Below, one piece after another: positions 11,938-26,074 of a stretch of DNA of 64,000 bases. The stretch is from Octopus vulgaris (lineage: Eukaryota), in assembly GCA_951406725.2 (NCBI GenBank), contig OX597833.1, positions 51,212,001-51,276,000 on the forward strand, in the 5' to 3' direction. The first letter of the stretch is position 1. Every line of letters begins with the position of its first letter. The notes below the pieces were generated by a model that saw only the letters and a program-made list of their open reading frames with translations, was not told the origin of the DNA and ran no database searches. The position numbers were made by a program, and so were the translations under genes.

Positions 11938-12142
11938 TTAATCCAAACAAGAAAACACACAAAAATAAAACAACAACGCGAGGACGTGGAACAAATAAAG
12001 TATTATTGGACGCTCAGGAAAGAAGGGAAGAAGGAGGGTTTGACGTTTCGAGCGGAGCTCTTCGTCGGAAACATAAGAGAAGGAAAGATCCCGAGAAGGG
12101 AAGACAGAGGAAAAAAATCGCCAGCGGTACTCACGAGGTCAC
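11937..12142 (-). mobile_element. Penelope-like terminal-repeat relic (family E) with hammerhead motif at 12038-12072
   Basis: Flanked by (TA)n on both sides. Minus strand reads GTTT-CCGACGA-A-GAGC-TCC-GCTC-GAAA-C-GTC-AAAC. Further copies at 39284, 56430 and 56663. Confidence 0.7.
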
Positions 12143-12171
12143 ATATATATATATATATATATATATATGCA

Positions 12172-12330
12172 TATGAGAGGGAAACCACTATGTGGACACC
12201 CTTATGCTAGAAATAGATCCGCTATGGTCTTACCACTAAGAAATGTTCTCAACAAAAATTCAGCAAAACAACCAAAACGTAATCGAGCAAGACAAAAGAA
12301 AAGTAGTAAAAATATGGATTATTCACATAC
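12172..12330. mobile_element. Single arm of the palindromic element seen at 41616-41916
   Basis: GAGGGAAACCACTATGTGGACACCCTTATGCTAGAAATAGA...; close match to the arms at 41616-41916. Confidence 0.8.
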
Positions 12331-12481
12331 ATCTTTCACTATCACCATATTACGTAATTTTACTTACGTAAGATGTCCGAAGATCTACTGATGAAATGCC
12401 GCTAAGCATTTAGTCCGGCGTGCATAACAATTCTGCCAGCTTGCTCCCTTAATTTATTCTAATATTGAAATTCATTAGGTG

Positions 12482-12536
12482 CAGCATGGCCAAATCTTTA
12501 AGCATGGCCAAATCTTTAAGCATGGCCAAATCTTTC
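12482..12536. repeat. 18-bp minisatellite x3 (GCATGGCCAAATCTTTAA)
   Basis: Read directly from the sequence. Confidence 0.9.
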
Positions 12537-13204
12537 GAGGTCGATAAAATAAGTACTGATTGAGTACTGGGATAAGTGTAATCGACTAATACCCTTCCCC
12601 CCGAAATTGCTGGCCTTGTGCCAAAATTTGAAACCAATATTATAAGTGTGTATTATCTGGATATTAATGAGGAAGCCATGAAACAAACTTTAGTTAAAGG
12701 TTAGATTCGTGAGAAAAGCAGAAGGAATTATTTCTATGAGAGTTATTAGTGTAATGTAGTCCATGGGTGTAACTGCCAATACATTATCAATTGTAATTCG
12801 AAACAGTAGTTAAGCTTATGTCAACCCTCACACACCTTTCAAAAATTCCAACCTAGTGATATGTAATACGACAGTTACTCAGATCCACTTGAAAGAGAAT
12901 CATTCTGTTAAATGGTAACTATGAGTTATGCTTATATATATACGCATATACATATATATATACATATATAGACTTGAGAATGACATTAAAGTTTAGGGAT
13001 TGTAACAGTTTCACCTGCTGCTTCCTCTCCCTCCCATAACAACCCAGGGAACTGTGTCCTTCCTCAGTGCAACTTCCTATTGACACCCATTCCTCAATTA
13101 TACCAACATGACCTTCACTCATATTTACCATCGACTACTCCATACCCTTGTTCCTAATTCCCAACATTCAACTCCAATATTAAAAAGTGTTCATAAATAT
13201 ATAT

Positions 13205-13435
<231 letters not shown>

Positions 13436-13463
13436 CCATACAGATAAATATATATGTATATAC

Positions 13464-13508
<45 letters not shown>

Positions 13509-13547
13509 TAATTTATATATACATATATATATACACACAGATATATA

Positions 13548-13600
<53 letters not shown>

Positions 13601-15575
13601 TACATATACATACATACGCATACAGACGCACACATATATACACACATACACAAGCACACAGTTCATGTTGTAAAGGTTACTATTTTTGCAATTCAAGAAT
13701 AAATAACTGTTTTAACATAATGTAAACGTAAAATGAGATATTGATCCCTGAAATTATTCCATCCAAGGTTCAACTGAAAATATCAACAATGCCACACCTC
13801 TGAGAAAGACATAATTTATATTTTTATTTTCAGCAGCCACACCACAAGCATAATACCAACGAAGCTATTACTTTCCGATGAGTCGTGATATTTGCATTCA
13901 TAGCGTCCGAAAATAAAAATAACATTCGAAGGATTGTCTGGGGGGGCAAATGTTGAAATTACTACAGTTGCAGGAAATAATCACATCACATCTTTAAAAT
14001 TTATGGGCGGAAAATACCTATCAAAGCTTCCATCCAACAAAGTACAGCAGACATGATGTTATCAAGGATGGACAAAAAGAAAGAAAATTTTCTCTGTAGT
14101 ATATCACAGCTGTCCATAGGATGGAAACAACTAAACCGAAAGATAACATTCCTTCGGAAAGATAACCTTTATGATCTGTTATTTCAGAGCCTCGAGATTC
14201 TATGTTCTGTTTATAGGCTCAGATTTAGAGCTAAAGATCATTAGCGCACTTTCGCTGTATTACTTATGTAATGTTTAGGAAGCAGCTTCCAAATGTTTGA
14301 AAAAAAACAGGCTGAAATTACAATTGTAGTCTCAGAAAATCCGTAAATCCATTGCGTACGTTGAGTAACAGGTGTATATAATTCTTTAATAAATCAAGAG
14401 AATTTATTAGAAATTGTTTCTTTCTTTGCTAAATACTTTTCAAGAATAACATATATACATACGAACATGATATATTATATGTGTGTGTATATATATATAT
14501 ACACACACATATAATTTATCATCTTCGTATCTTTATATATATATATACTTACACACACACACACATATATATATATACTCTGCACATACATGCATACATA
14601 TATATATATATATATTTGCATTTATGTTCACATGCATATAAATGCGTATATATGTACAAACATATATGCATGTATCTATATGTGTGTGCATGAGTCTGTA
14701 TTTGTGTGTGCATGTATGAGTGTGTGTGTGTGTATGTGTGTGTGTATGTATGTGTATGCTATGAGACTAGCTATAAGTATATGGCTATATTGGAAAGCAA
14801 CTGTATGTATATTAGATGTGCGAGATATATTAAGATTACTCGTGTATATTTGAGTATATTCATTTGTGTATGTGTGCATTTACACACACATACACACACA
14901 CATACACACAAACACACACATACAGAGGTTGTTCTTATGCACATGTATATACGCAAACACCTACACACAATACAGTAAAGTCGCTGCTTGACTTTACTGT
15001 TCAAGAATGTAACTAGGACGAAATCAAATCTGTCCTACATTGTTAAGGGAACCAAACGATGTTATGTTTGACAAGAGGAAATGTTTTAATTAGACAAAAA
15101 CTAACTTTAAGTACACAAACGACAAACAGAAAATTTTAGAAAACCATATCGACAAATATATATTATAAGAAAACACTTAACGAAAGGTGAAAGTTTCAAA
15201 ATTTTTTTTTTCTGTCTTAAACCCATGTTGAACATCTGGGTGAAGACAGTGTGTTGTACGATCGTAAAATATACTATAGGGGCACTGGACATTTATTAAG
15301 ATATCTATATACGTATGTATTTATGTGTCTAAGTACATATGTATTTATGCGTGTTTATATATATTTATGTATGAATGTATGTACGTATATACCTCTCTAT
15401 GTATTCATGCTTGTATGCGCTTGTGTGTGCTTGTCTGTGTGCATTTCTCGTTCGTTAAAACAAGGCAAACCAGAAACTATAATAATGAAAATAATTGATT
15501 CCATGGACATTATTAAATTAATAAATCTATCCATCTAGTTTTCTTTCTCTCTCTTTCTCTAACTCTTTCACTGTC

Positions 15576-15625
<50 letters not shown>

Positions 15626-15647
15626 CGTGTGTATATATGTATATATA

Positions 15648-15763
15648 AGGCGGCGAGCTGGCAGAAACGTTAGCACGCCGGGCGAAATGCGTAGCCGTAT
15701 TTCGTCTGTCGTTACATTCTGAGTGTGTGTGCCGAGGTATTGCTATCATCCTTTCGGGGTCGA
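15648..15763 (+). mobile_element. SINE family B, partial
   Basis: Head plus part of the core, embedded in (TA)n. Confidence 0.8.
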
Positions 15764-15777
15764 TATATATATATATA

Positions 15778-15875
<98 letters not shown>

Positions 15876-16792
15876 GTATATATGCATATATATATGTATA
15901 TATGTATGATATATATATGTATATATATATATATGTATATATATGTATATATGCATATATATATGTATATATGTATGAATATATATGTACAATATGTACA
16001 ATATGTATATATATGCATGTATGTATATATATGCATATATGTATATACAAGTATATATATATAGAGAGAGAGAGATTTTGCGCATATATATATTTATTTA
16101 TGTATATATATATGTATGTAGGTGTGAATATGGGTGTGTGAGTGTGTGTAATTATTTATGTATGTGTATATGTGTATATGTATAAGTGTATACTATTTAT
16201 GTGTGTGTAAAGTGTCACATTTTTGGAATGTTAGGGCATGTCTGTATATGAGCGTGTGCAATGATGTGTGCGTGCGTGTGTGCGCGTGTGCGTGTACCTC
16301 TGTTTTCGGACCTAATTTGTCATGTCAACCCGGAAAATTTACAGTTATATATGTCCAAATCGAAAAATGTGACACCAGCTTGTGTGTAAATCCTTCAGTG
16401 ACTAAAACTTGATTAATATGAGCCTTGTAAGGCAGGTTTCAATTGCTGTTGTGGGTTATTTATATCTGGTCTTTCTTGTATTCATAAATTAGCTCCGATC
16501 GTAGTGTCATATATTAGTAGGCGTTTCAATCAAGGTTTTTGTGTCTGTACAAGTATTGTTCCCTTTATTATTACCGTTACGTGAAGTGATACACAAAAAG
16601 GGATCATTAATATATCGGTTTTTTTCTATAAGAAGGGTTTAGTAATCCCCTCCTACATTTCAGCATTTTTTTTTTTTTTTTTCCTCATTTCTATAGCAAC
16701 GGTCGTTATTAGCGCTTATCCACAATCTGAAAAGGAAGCTCTCTGTACAGGAAATGAAGTATTTTCCAGAATTTCAGCTTTGCAAATCAATT

Positions 16793-17005
16793 ACTCTTTT
16801 ACTTCAGTCATTTGACTGCGGCTATGTTGGAGCACCGCCTTTAGTCGAACAAATCGATCACAGGACTTATTCTTTGCAGGCCTAGTACTTATTCTATCGG
16901 CCTCTTTTGGCGAACCACTAAGTTATAGGGACGCAAACACACCAACATCGGTTGTCAAGCGATGGGGCTGGGGAGGTGGCAAACACAGACACACAAACAT
17001 ATACT

Positions 17006-17040
<35 letters not shown>

Positions 17041-17355
17041 CATTAGACAAAAACCCACCTTTTATCAATTCAAAATGAATTGATTACATATAATAGAAAA
17101 GTTAAAATTAAAATAACAATTAAAAAGTAAAGATTAAGTAAATTACAAGAATAATATAATGTATATAACTGGTAGAAAAAAATATATATATATACGACAG
17201 GCATTCAGTTTCCGTCAACTAAATCTACTCACAAGGCTTTGCTCGGCCCGAGACTATATTAGACGTCACTTGTCCGAGATGCTACGCAGTGGGAATGAAC
17301 CCGGAATTATGTGGTTGCTAAACAAGCTACTTACCACACAGCCACTCCTGCGCCT
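16793..17355 (-). mobile_element. SINE family A with ~140-bp AT-rich insertion in its internal microsatellite
   Basis: The tail half (16793-17000) and head half (17190-17355) are separated by (TA)n plus ATTAGACAAAAACCCACC... Confidence 0.85.
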
Positions 17356-17477
17356 GGAAACTTCCTTAAATGTTCACCTACTCACTTTGACTTTGGTTAG
17401 TTTAATCAGTGTTCAACAATGATTTAATCTGCTGTGGGGATAATGATAACTACTGTATGAACCATGACTAGTTAATA

Positions 17478-17875
17478 TTCTTTTCTACTCTAGGCACAAG
17501 GCCCTAAATTTTGTGGGAGGGAACCAGGCGATTAGATCGACCCCAGTTCGTAACTGGTACTTATTTAATCGACCCCGAAAGGGTGAAAGGCAAAGTCGAC
17601 CTCAGCGGAATTTGAACTCAGAACGTAACGGCAAACGAAATACCTATTTCTTTACTACCCACAAGGGGCTAAAAACAGAGAGGAAAAACAAGGACAGACA
17701 AACGGATTAAGTCGATTACATCGACCCCAATGCGTAACTGGTACTTATTTAATCGACCCCGAAAGGATGAAAGGCAAAGTCGTCCTCGGCGGAATTTGAA
17801 CTCAGACCGTAGATGCAAACGAAATACCGATATGCATTTCGCCCAGCGTGCTAACGTTTCTGCCAGCTCGCCGCC
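17478..17875 (-). mobile_element. SINE family B, dimeric
   Basis: Two core copies with the CGAAATACCTATTTCTT junction at ~17636-17652. Confidence 0.88.
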
Positions 17876-19672
17876 TTATGACTATTTAATATTGACCGCA
17901 TTAGACGTCTATTATCACCAAGTATTTTGGGGTTTGTTCATGATGCTCTAGGTTCATTAATTGGGGCCGGCTCAACCCATACCGAGCCGATATAAATGCA
18001 ATTAAGTACATATATGTATCACAAGTGGGTGCATGTTATACACTTAGTGAACTAAAATTATCGCAATTACCACATTGTCTTTGCGCAACGGTTTCCTGTT
18101 ATTCGCGGATCAGTTAAGGGTCGAAATATGTAATGTGATATATCCTTATGTAAGACGGTATAATGTAAAATAACGGAGATTTAGCTACTGTTTCTATAAC
18201 ATCGACAAACCGCTTTAAAATCACTGTCTATTTCTGGAATAAAGTCTTTAAACTACAAAAATTGTGGACTCTTCCGTTGTGGACAACAGATGTAGGTTCC
18301 GCAGTTTCTTATCGATCGGCCTGTACAGATATGTTTATAGTGGTACTGCGCATTAGCTCGTTGCCTTGATCATATTGTCCGTGTGCATTGTGTGCCACAT
18401 GTTACATATGGAAGTGACCTCAACAACTAGAAATGAAGTGTTTGCCAAGAATGCAACGCAGTACCAGGTCTGATAAGCGAAAAGCGAACGTGAGTTCAAA
18501 AGCCTTAGCACTAGACTACGCGCCCACACAGCTTTACAAATAATCTCTAATTAAACGGGTTCTCCCTAAATACTCTTTGAATAAGATGGTTAATAAACTT
18601 CGAAAAGTCGGCTAGTATTATTTGAAGTTCTTTAATTTCATAGCATTAATTACATTAAAATAACAAAAAATTTTGGTTTTAAATAAATCGATAATTTTTT
18701 TTTTAAATGCCATGATTAGATTAAAAATAAAATGTAAAGTTAACAGTAACTATTTTGAATTTTTGTGTTATCTTCTAGACGGCACATCGTTATTCTGAAT
18801 AATGATTTTAATAGGGTCGAGTAGAGGCCGCTGTATATGGGTTATTATAACGAAAAGGTTGGTGGCGTGAAGTAGTTTACAAACTCGATATTTACTCAAA
18901 CCAATGAAATACATTACTAGTACTAAAGATATCAGTTACGCAGTATGATCATCGCCAGAAATTTATACACCGCAATATCGTGATATGAATAATCACAACT
19001 GCTACCATACAGCATACAATAACGGTACAGTCGTTGCCGTGTGGATAAGAAGTTCATTTCACAGCCGTGTGGTTCCGAGTTCGCTATTACCTATTTCTTT
19101 ATTACCCACAAGGGGCTAAACATAGAGGGGACAAACAAGGACAGACATAGGTATTAAGTCGATTATATCGACCCCAGTGCGTAACTGGTACTTAATTTAT
19201 CGACCCCGAAAGGTTGAAAGGCAAAGTCGACCTCGGCGGAATTTGAACTCACAACGTAACGACAGACGAAATACCGCTAAGCATTTCGCCCGGTGTGCTA
19301 ACGTTTCTGCCAGCTCTCTGTCTTATTCGCTATTACCGGCGTGTTACCAACTCTGTCAGTTTTACTTCTTTAAATATTAAAAACAGTTCGCAGATCCTCA
19401 GCACTATTTTGTCGACCCTTAACTGATCCGCGAATAACAGGAAACCGTTGCGCAAAGACAATGTGGTAATTGCGATAATTTTAGTTCACTAAGTGTATAA
19501 CATGCACCCACTTGTGATACATATATGTACTTAATTGCATTTATATCGGCTCGGTATGGGTTGAGCCGGCCCCAATTAATGAACCTAGAGCATCATGAAC
19601 AAACCCCAAAATACTTGGTGATAATAGACGTCTAATGCGGTCAATATTAAATAGTCATAAGGCGGCGAGCTG
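17864..19672. repeat. 261-bp perfect inverted repeat (arms 17864-18124 and 19412-19672)
   Basis: The arms are reverse complements with no mismatch found by eye; the spacer is 1287 bp. Confidence 0.93.
19088..19325 (-). mobile_element. SINE family B monomer with 12-bp target-site duplication
   Basis: TTCGCTATTACC at 19080-19091 and 19326-19337. Confidence 0.9.
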
Positions 19673-19921
19673 ACAGAAACGTTAGCACGCCGGGCGAAAT
19701 TCTTAGCAGTATTTCGTCTGCCGTTACGTTATGAGTTCGTTACGTTATGAGTTCAAATCCAGAGAACTTAAGAAAGCAACATGAAATAATTCCTGTTCTT
19801 TTGCATGTTAATTATAACATGAAAAATTTTTAGTAATGAGCAGTCGACTTATTAATTATTGGAAATTTAAACTCTAATTCTTTAACATAATTTTCAGCTT
19901 GTCTACTTATAGCGCAGTAGC

Positions 19922-20050
19922 ATTCTTTTATTCTTTTACTTGTTTCAGTCATTTGACTGCGGTCATGCTGGAGCACAATTCCTTTTTAGTCGAACAAATC
20001 GACCCCAGGACTTATTCTTTGCAAGCCTAGTACTTATTCTATCGGTCTCA
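19922..20050 (-). mobile_element. SINE family A, 3' tail fragment
   Basis: Homology to the A tail. Confidence 0.8.
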
Positions 20051-20673
20051 TTCCAGATCTGACCAACTGATAGGTTTTGGGTTATTTTAGATAGCGCCAG
20101 AATTGTGACTATGTATGCTTGCCAGTCAGACTGACCCGGTGTAGATCGCATTGAAACTAATGCTGGTAATAATTAAACTCAAAAAGGGTTTTAAAGTAGC
20201 GGTGCGAGGTGCAAAAACAGTCTATTATTTTTCAGTGTTTGCTTACGGCATGGTATCATATCTTGCAAGGAAAAATAATTCTTGATAATATCGAAATCAA
20301 AGGCGGTGAGTTATCAGAATTGTTAGCACGCCAGGCAAAATGCTTGGCGGCATTTCGTCTGTCATTACGCTCTAAGTTCAAATTCTGCTGAGATCAACTT
20401 TACCTGCTATCCTTTCGGAGGTAACGACGATGGCAAAGACGACGATACTGCGTTGGTAGTGATGATAATGATAGTGACGACGAAGACGACGACGGACGAA
20501 GACGAAGACGACGACGGACGAAGACGAAGACGACGACGGACGACGACGACTACACCACGCTGGAGATGGTGATAATGATGATGACGTCATCGACAGTAAT
20601 GATAAGAATGATAATTAAGATGAAAATCAAGACAATAATGAGGATGTCAATGATGAGGATGTCATAACCAAAT

Positions 20674-20894
20674 TACTCTTTCACTCTCTTACTTGTTTCA
20701 GTCATTTGATTGCGGCCATGCTGGAGCACCGCCTTTAGTCGAGCAAATCGACCCCCAGGACTTATTCTTTGTAAGCCTAGTACTTATTCTATCAGTCTCT
20801 TTTGCCGAACCACTTAGTTACGGGGACGTAAACACACCAGCATCGGTTGTCAAGCGATGTTGCGGGGGACAAACACAGATACACAAACGTATAT

Positions 20895-20942
<48 letters not shown>

Positions 20943-21098
20943 GACGGGCTTCTTTCACTTTCCGTCTACCAAATCCACTCACAAGGCTTTGGTCGACCCG
21001 AGGCTATAGTAGAAGACACTTGCCCAAGGTGCCACGCAGTGGGACTGAACCCGGAACCATGTGGTTTGTAAGCGAACTACTTCCCATATAGCCACTCC
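20674..21098 (-). mobile_element. SINE family A
   Basis: Full homology. Confidence 0.9.
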
Positions 21099-21578
21099 AA
21101 GGCAAGCAGAACAATCTCCATCGGTAACTGTTACTATAATAACATCCAGAGTGGCCGATGAAATATAACAATATACAAACAACTACAACAACCACAACAA
21201 CAATAACAACGGCGATGACGACTACAACAACAATACATTTCACGAACAAGCTACATAACGATCTCAAGTAGTTTATTCAAGACAAATATTGGCAGAATTA
21301 ATGGATATTTAAGACGTTCAATATTTTCTCGTGTGATAAACGAAAACAAAACGATCTGATAATTATTATTATTCGATACGATAATTTATCACACGACCTC
21401 CTCAATATCATTTGATTAATTAACAATAACAAAAACAGCCTTCGTTGAATACCACTACTGTGACTTTCTTGGTTGCCCACCTGACCTTGTTTTAGATGAC
21501 GGATACGCATGCGTACGTACGTACGCAGACATCGAGACATTGAAACACACACAAGCATGCTAGCACAACTACACACAT

Positions 21579-21622
<44 letters not shown>

Positions 21623-21869
21623 ACAGAAGTACGTTGTACAAATTCAATTGATGTACATACATGTGTTTATACATACATATATATATATATGTGCGTGTGC
21701 GTGTGTGTATGTATGCATGTATGAATATATATACATACACACACATATACAGAGAGACAGAGAGGGAGGGAGAGAGAAACATACATACATGATGAGTGAT
21801 GCAAACTCGGGTTCGTGTATTGACATCACCTGATCGAAAGTCCCACAATAAAAAACATCATCAAGCAGA

Positions 21870-22196
<327 letters not shown>

Positions 22197-22591
22197 GTTC
22201 ATATATGCGTGTGTTAGTATATATAAGTGCATTGCCAACCACAAATCCTTAAATAAAAAGTGCGTAGCTTAATGGTTAGGTTACTGGGCTCAAAGCCCGA
22301 CGTCCTGAATTCGATTCTTGAAAGCGTATGCCTTTTTAAGGCACATGATTTTTACATAGCTCTAATCTTCATTACTGAAGTAAGTACGAACTATTCGCTG
22401 ATCAGTTCCTTGTTTGTCCAGCTCTACCAGACAAGATATTCGGGTTCATTAGAGCGGATTAGTTGAGAGCTTATCTCTGCACGCGACTATATAGAAACCT
22501 GAAGCAATTAGCGAAAGCATGGTACTTGCTGCCAAATTAATACTGGATGCAAAGGGTGTAGTTATATATAATAGTATATAAATGTGCGTGC

Positions 22592-22664
<73 letters not shown>

Positions 22665-22819
22665 GCGATATCAAATTACATGTGTGATTGGGGGTATTGA
22701 AATGTATTGCTGTGTTTTTATGAGAAGCTGCGTGGGAACGTGCATGTTTGTATGTATACTCTTCACACATATATGAACAGACATATGCCCACATAGTCAC
22801 ACACACATATGCACACGCA

Positions 22820-23049
22820 CATATGTATGTATGTAAGTATGTATGTATGTATGTATATATGTATGTGTGTATGTATATATGTATGTATGTAAGTACGTAT
22901 GTATGCATGCATGCATGCATGCATGTATGTATGTATGAATGTATGAATGTGTGTATGTATGCATGCATGCATGTATGTATGCATGTATATATGTATGGCT
23001 GTATGTATGCATGTATGTATGCATGAATGTATATATGTATGTGTGTATG

Positions 23050-23082
<33 letters not shown>

Positions 23083-24205
23083 TTGTATGTATGAATGTAT
23101 GTATGTATGTCTGTATGTATGTATGCATGTATGTATGCATGAATGTATATATGTATGTGTGTATGTATATATGTATGTATGTATGTATGTATGTCTGTAT
23201 GTATGTATGTATGTATGTATGTATGTATGTCTGTATGTATGTATGCTTGTATGTATGTATGTACGTATGTATATATGTATGTATGTATATAAGTATGTAT
23301 GTATATATGTATGTATGCATGTATGCATGTGTGTATGTGTGTATGTATGTTTGTATGTATGTATGTATGTATGTTTGTATGTATTCAGAAAGGGTGAGAA
23401 GGTAAAGAGCTTGCCAAACACTTTCGATAAACAAGAATGATATTTACTTTGTAATTATTTTGTGAGAGTGAAGACCATTTATTACCAGCGACTCCAAATT
23501 ACAAATATACTCAGACGTGAAGGGAACACAACCACTAACAGCCTTACTTTTGCTTTGCTGTATGTATGTATGTATGTATGTATGTATGTATGTATGTATG
23601 TATGTATGTATGTATGTATGTATGTATGTATGTATGTATGTATGTATGTATGTGTGTGTGTGTATGTATGTGTGTATCTATGTATAAATGTCTATATGAA
23701 TGCATGCATGTTTATATGTATGTATGCATACATGTGTGTATGCATGTGTGTATTTATGTATGAATGTATGTATGTACGCATGTATGTATGTATGTATGTA
23801 TGTATGTATGTATGTGTGTATAAATGTATGTTCGCATGCATGTATGAATGTATGTATATATTTATGTATGTATGAATGTACGAATATACTTGCATATATG
23901 CATGCATGCATGTATATATGAATGTATGTATGTATTCATGTATGTATTATGAATGTATGTATGCATGTATGCATATGTGTATGTATAAATGTGTTTATGT
24001 CTGTATGCATGCATATGTGTATCTATGCATGTTTGTATATATGCATGCTTGTGTGTATGTAAGCATGGATGTGTGTATGTATGCATACATGTGTCTATGT
24101 ATGAATGCATGTATGTGTGTGTGTATGTATGTATAAATGTATAAATATTTATGTATATGTATATGCATGTATGTGTGTGTATATGTATGTATATGTATGC
24201 ATATA
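22820..24205. repeat. Degenerate (ATGT)n/(ATGC)n field with a ~175-bp unique interruption
   Basis: Read directly; interruption at ~23385-23560. Confidence 0.9.
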
Positions 24206-24589
24206 TTCTCTTTAAAATGAGTGTATGGTCGCTCTCGATTGCGGATGTTTGCGTTGTCTTTCTCTTATTACAATTAACACGCGTATATATGCATATATGA
24301 ATATAATATAGACATCTGTGTATTTATATATAAGTATGTGTGTGTGTTTGTGTGAGTATATGTCTGTTTATACGAGTGTGTTAGAAACGAAAGAAAGTAG
24401 CTTTGAACACATTTGGTTGGAGTTATAGAACTTTAATAAAATGTTGACTCCTAACATCTGATGAGAGAGTCGTGCCCTACACTCTTATTAAAACTAAACT
24501 CTAAGTCATCTTCTTAGATGCATACACACACGCGTATATATGTGTGTGCGTATGCATGTGTATGCATATAGTTATATACAGTCGCCATG

Positions 24590-24765
24590 ATTGATCACTA
24601 AATCCACAAGTTTCTTTTTTATTTCTCTCTCTGTTAATTTCCTCTCTGTTAAAGAGCATAGGCTCGAAAAGTAAAAGACTCTCATTTTTCCCGAGCGTCA
24701 GACTAATACACTTGCTTGTTCTTCATACAGCTGCCTTCGTCTTTTGTTTTACTGTAAACTTCAAA
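24590..24765 (+). mobile_element. Family F repeat (related to E) with degenerate hammerhead-like motif at 24642-24677
   Basis: CTGTTAA-A-GAGC-ATAG-GCTC-GAAA-A-GTA-AAAG; homologous to 57030-57190. Confidence 0.55.
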
Positions 24766-24810
24766 TATATTTGTGTGCGTGTGTGTGTGTGTGTTTATAT
24801 ACACGCACAC

Positions 24811-24858
<48 letters not shown>

Positions 24859-25129
24859 TGAAAGTAAATGGATCGTTTGTCGGCGTGGGAAGTAATCTTT
24901 TAGTTTTTCATAAAATGAACGACATAATTGAAGTATCATGTGAAGCCAAAGGTCTTTTCAGATTTTTACTAATAATTTTTTAGCAGCTTGTATCTTCATA
25001 TTATATGATTAATTTGATATAACCTCTTGTCCAACACTTACTGAACTGTCCATTATTTATTTTCATATATGACACGTAACCACTAACTTTTTATTCTTTA
25101 GCTTACAGTTTTGATAAGGAATTGTGAAA

Positions 25130-26074
25130 AAAATTGTAATTACAGCTATTTTACGTTGTAATTGTGGAAAAGAACCGAGTACAGGAGCTGTGCTGCGAAA
25201 GGAATTAATGATGTGGATGGTCCAAGAACTGTTAACAAACGTGTGGACAAAACTAGTTCAGACATTTCAAGGAAGATGATAACAAACTTGAAGACAAACC
25301 AAGGCCAGGGAAACTTTCTGTGGTGGACAATGAGACTTTGTTTGAAGTGGCTGAACAACAGCCAAGGTACGTAACATTGTCAGTAGAAATTGATCCTTCT
25401 AAAAGCACCATCAATCAACACCTCCATAAGCTCGGTCTCGTGAACACACACTGTCGAGAAGCTCCTCATAAACTGACCAGTGACCAGGCCCAACGAGGTT
25501 CGAATATTCACAAACTACTAGCAAATTTCTGAGATGTCCGTTTTTGGCGTTGAATTGTAAATGGGGATACAAAAAAAATAGATCTGTTTTGTTAATCAGT
25601 GGCTTCGTTCTGGCCAGACTTCTGGGCATTTTGTCAAATGAGGGCCGTTTGAGCAGAAGATCGTGTTGTGTGTTTACTCGAGCCTGGAAGGGATGATGCA
25701 TTTTGAGCTTGACCCAGGTGGTCATGCTGTGACCATTAACCTTTATACTGAACAAGTGCAGTGAGTGTATGATATTTTGATAGCCCGCTACATGGCATTG
25801 GTCAATCAAAAATGCGCACTCGTAGAGCATGAGGATGTCCTAGCGCACATTGCCAATGTGACTAAGCGCAGACTCGAGGAATTTGATGGGCTGATAGTGC
25901 TGCCTCACTTCACCTAACATAAGTTCGAAGCCTTGCACCATCTTTTCCGAACCATGGTTCATTTCCTGCTCGGATGTAGGTTCAAAACTGTAGGTGAGGT
26001 TGAAAATGGGTGCATTGAGCTTTTTTCCACGAAACCAGCCAAATGGTATAAACATGGGATTGAATATCTAACAT
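25130..26074 (+). pseudogene. Decayed mariner transposase
   Basis: The frames give AAKGINDVDGPRTVNKR, FKEDDNKLEDKPRPG (HTH region), PHKLT (WVPHEL-like) and HLFRTMVHFLLGCRFKTVGEVENGCIELFSTKPAKWYKHGIEYL (mariner C-terminus), with many stops and frameshifts. Confidence 0.8.

Noticed and set aside
24458-24500. CTGATGA followed by a GAGAGT/ACTCT stem
   Set aside because: No GAAA or helix I/III follows, so it cannot be called a hammerhead. The same applies to CTGATGA at ~12387, ~37327 and ~59298.
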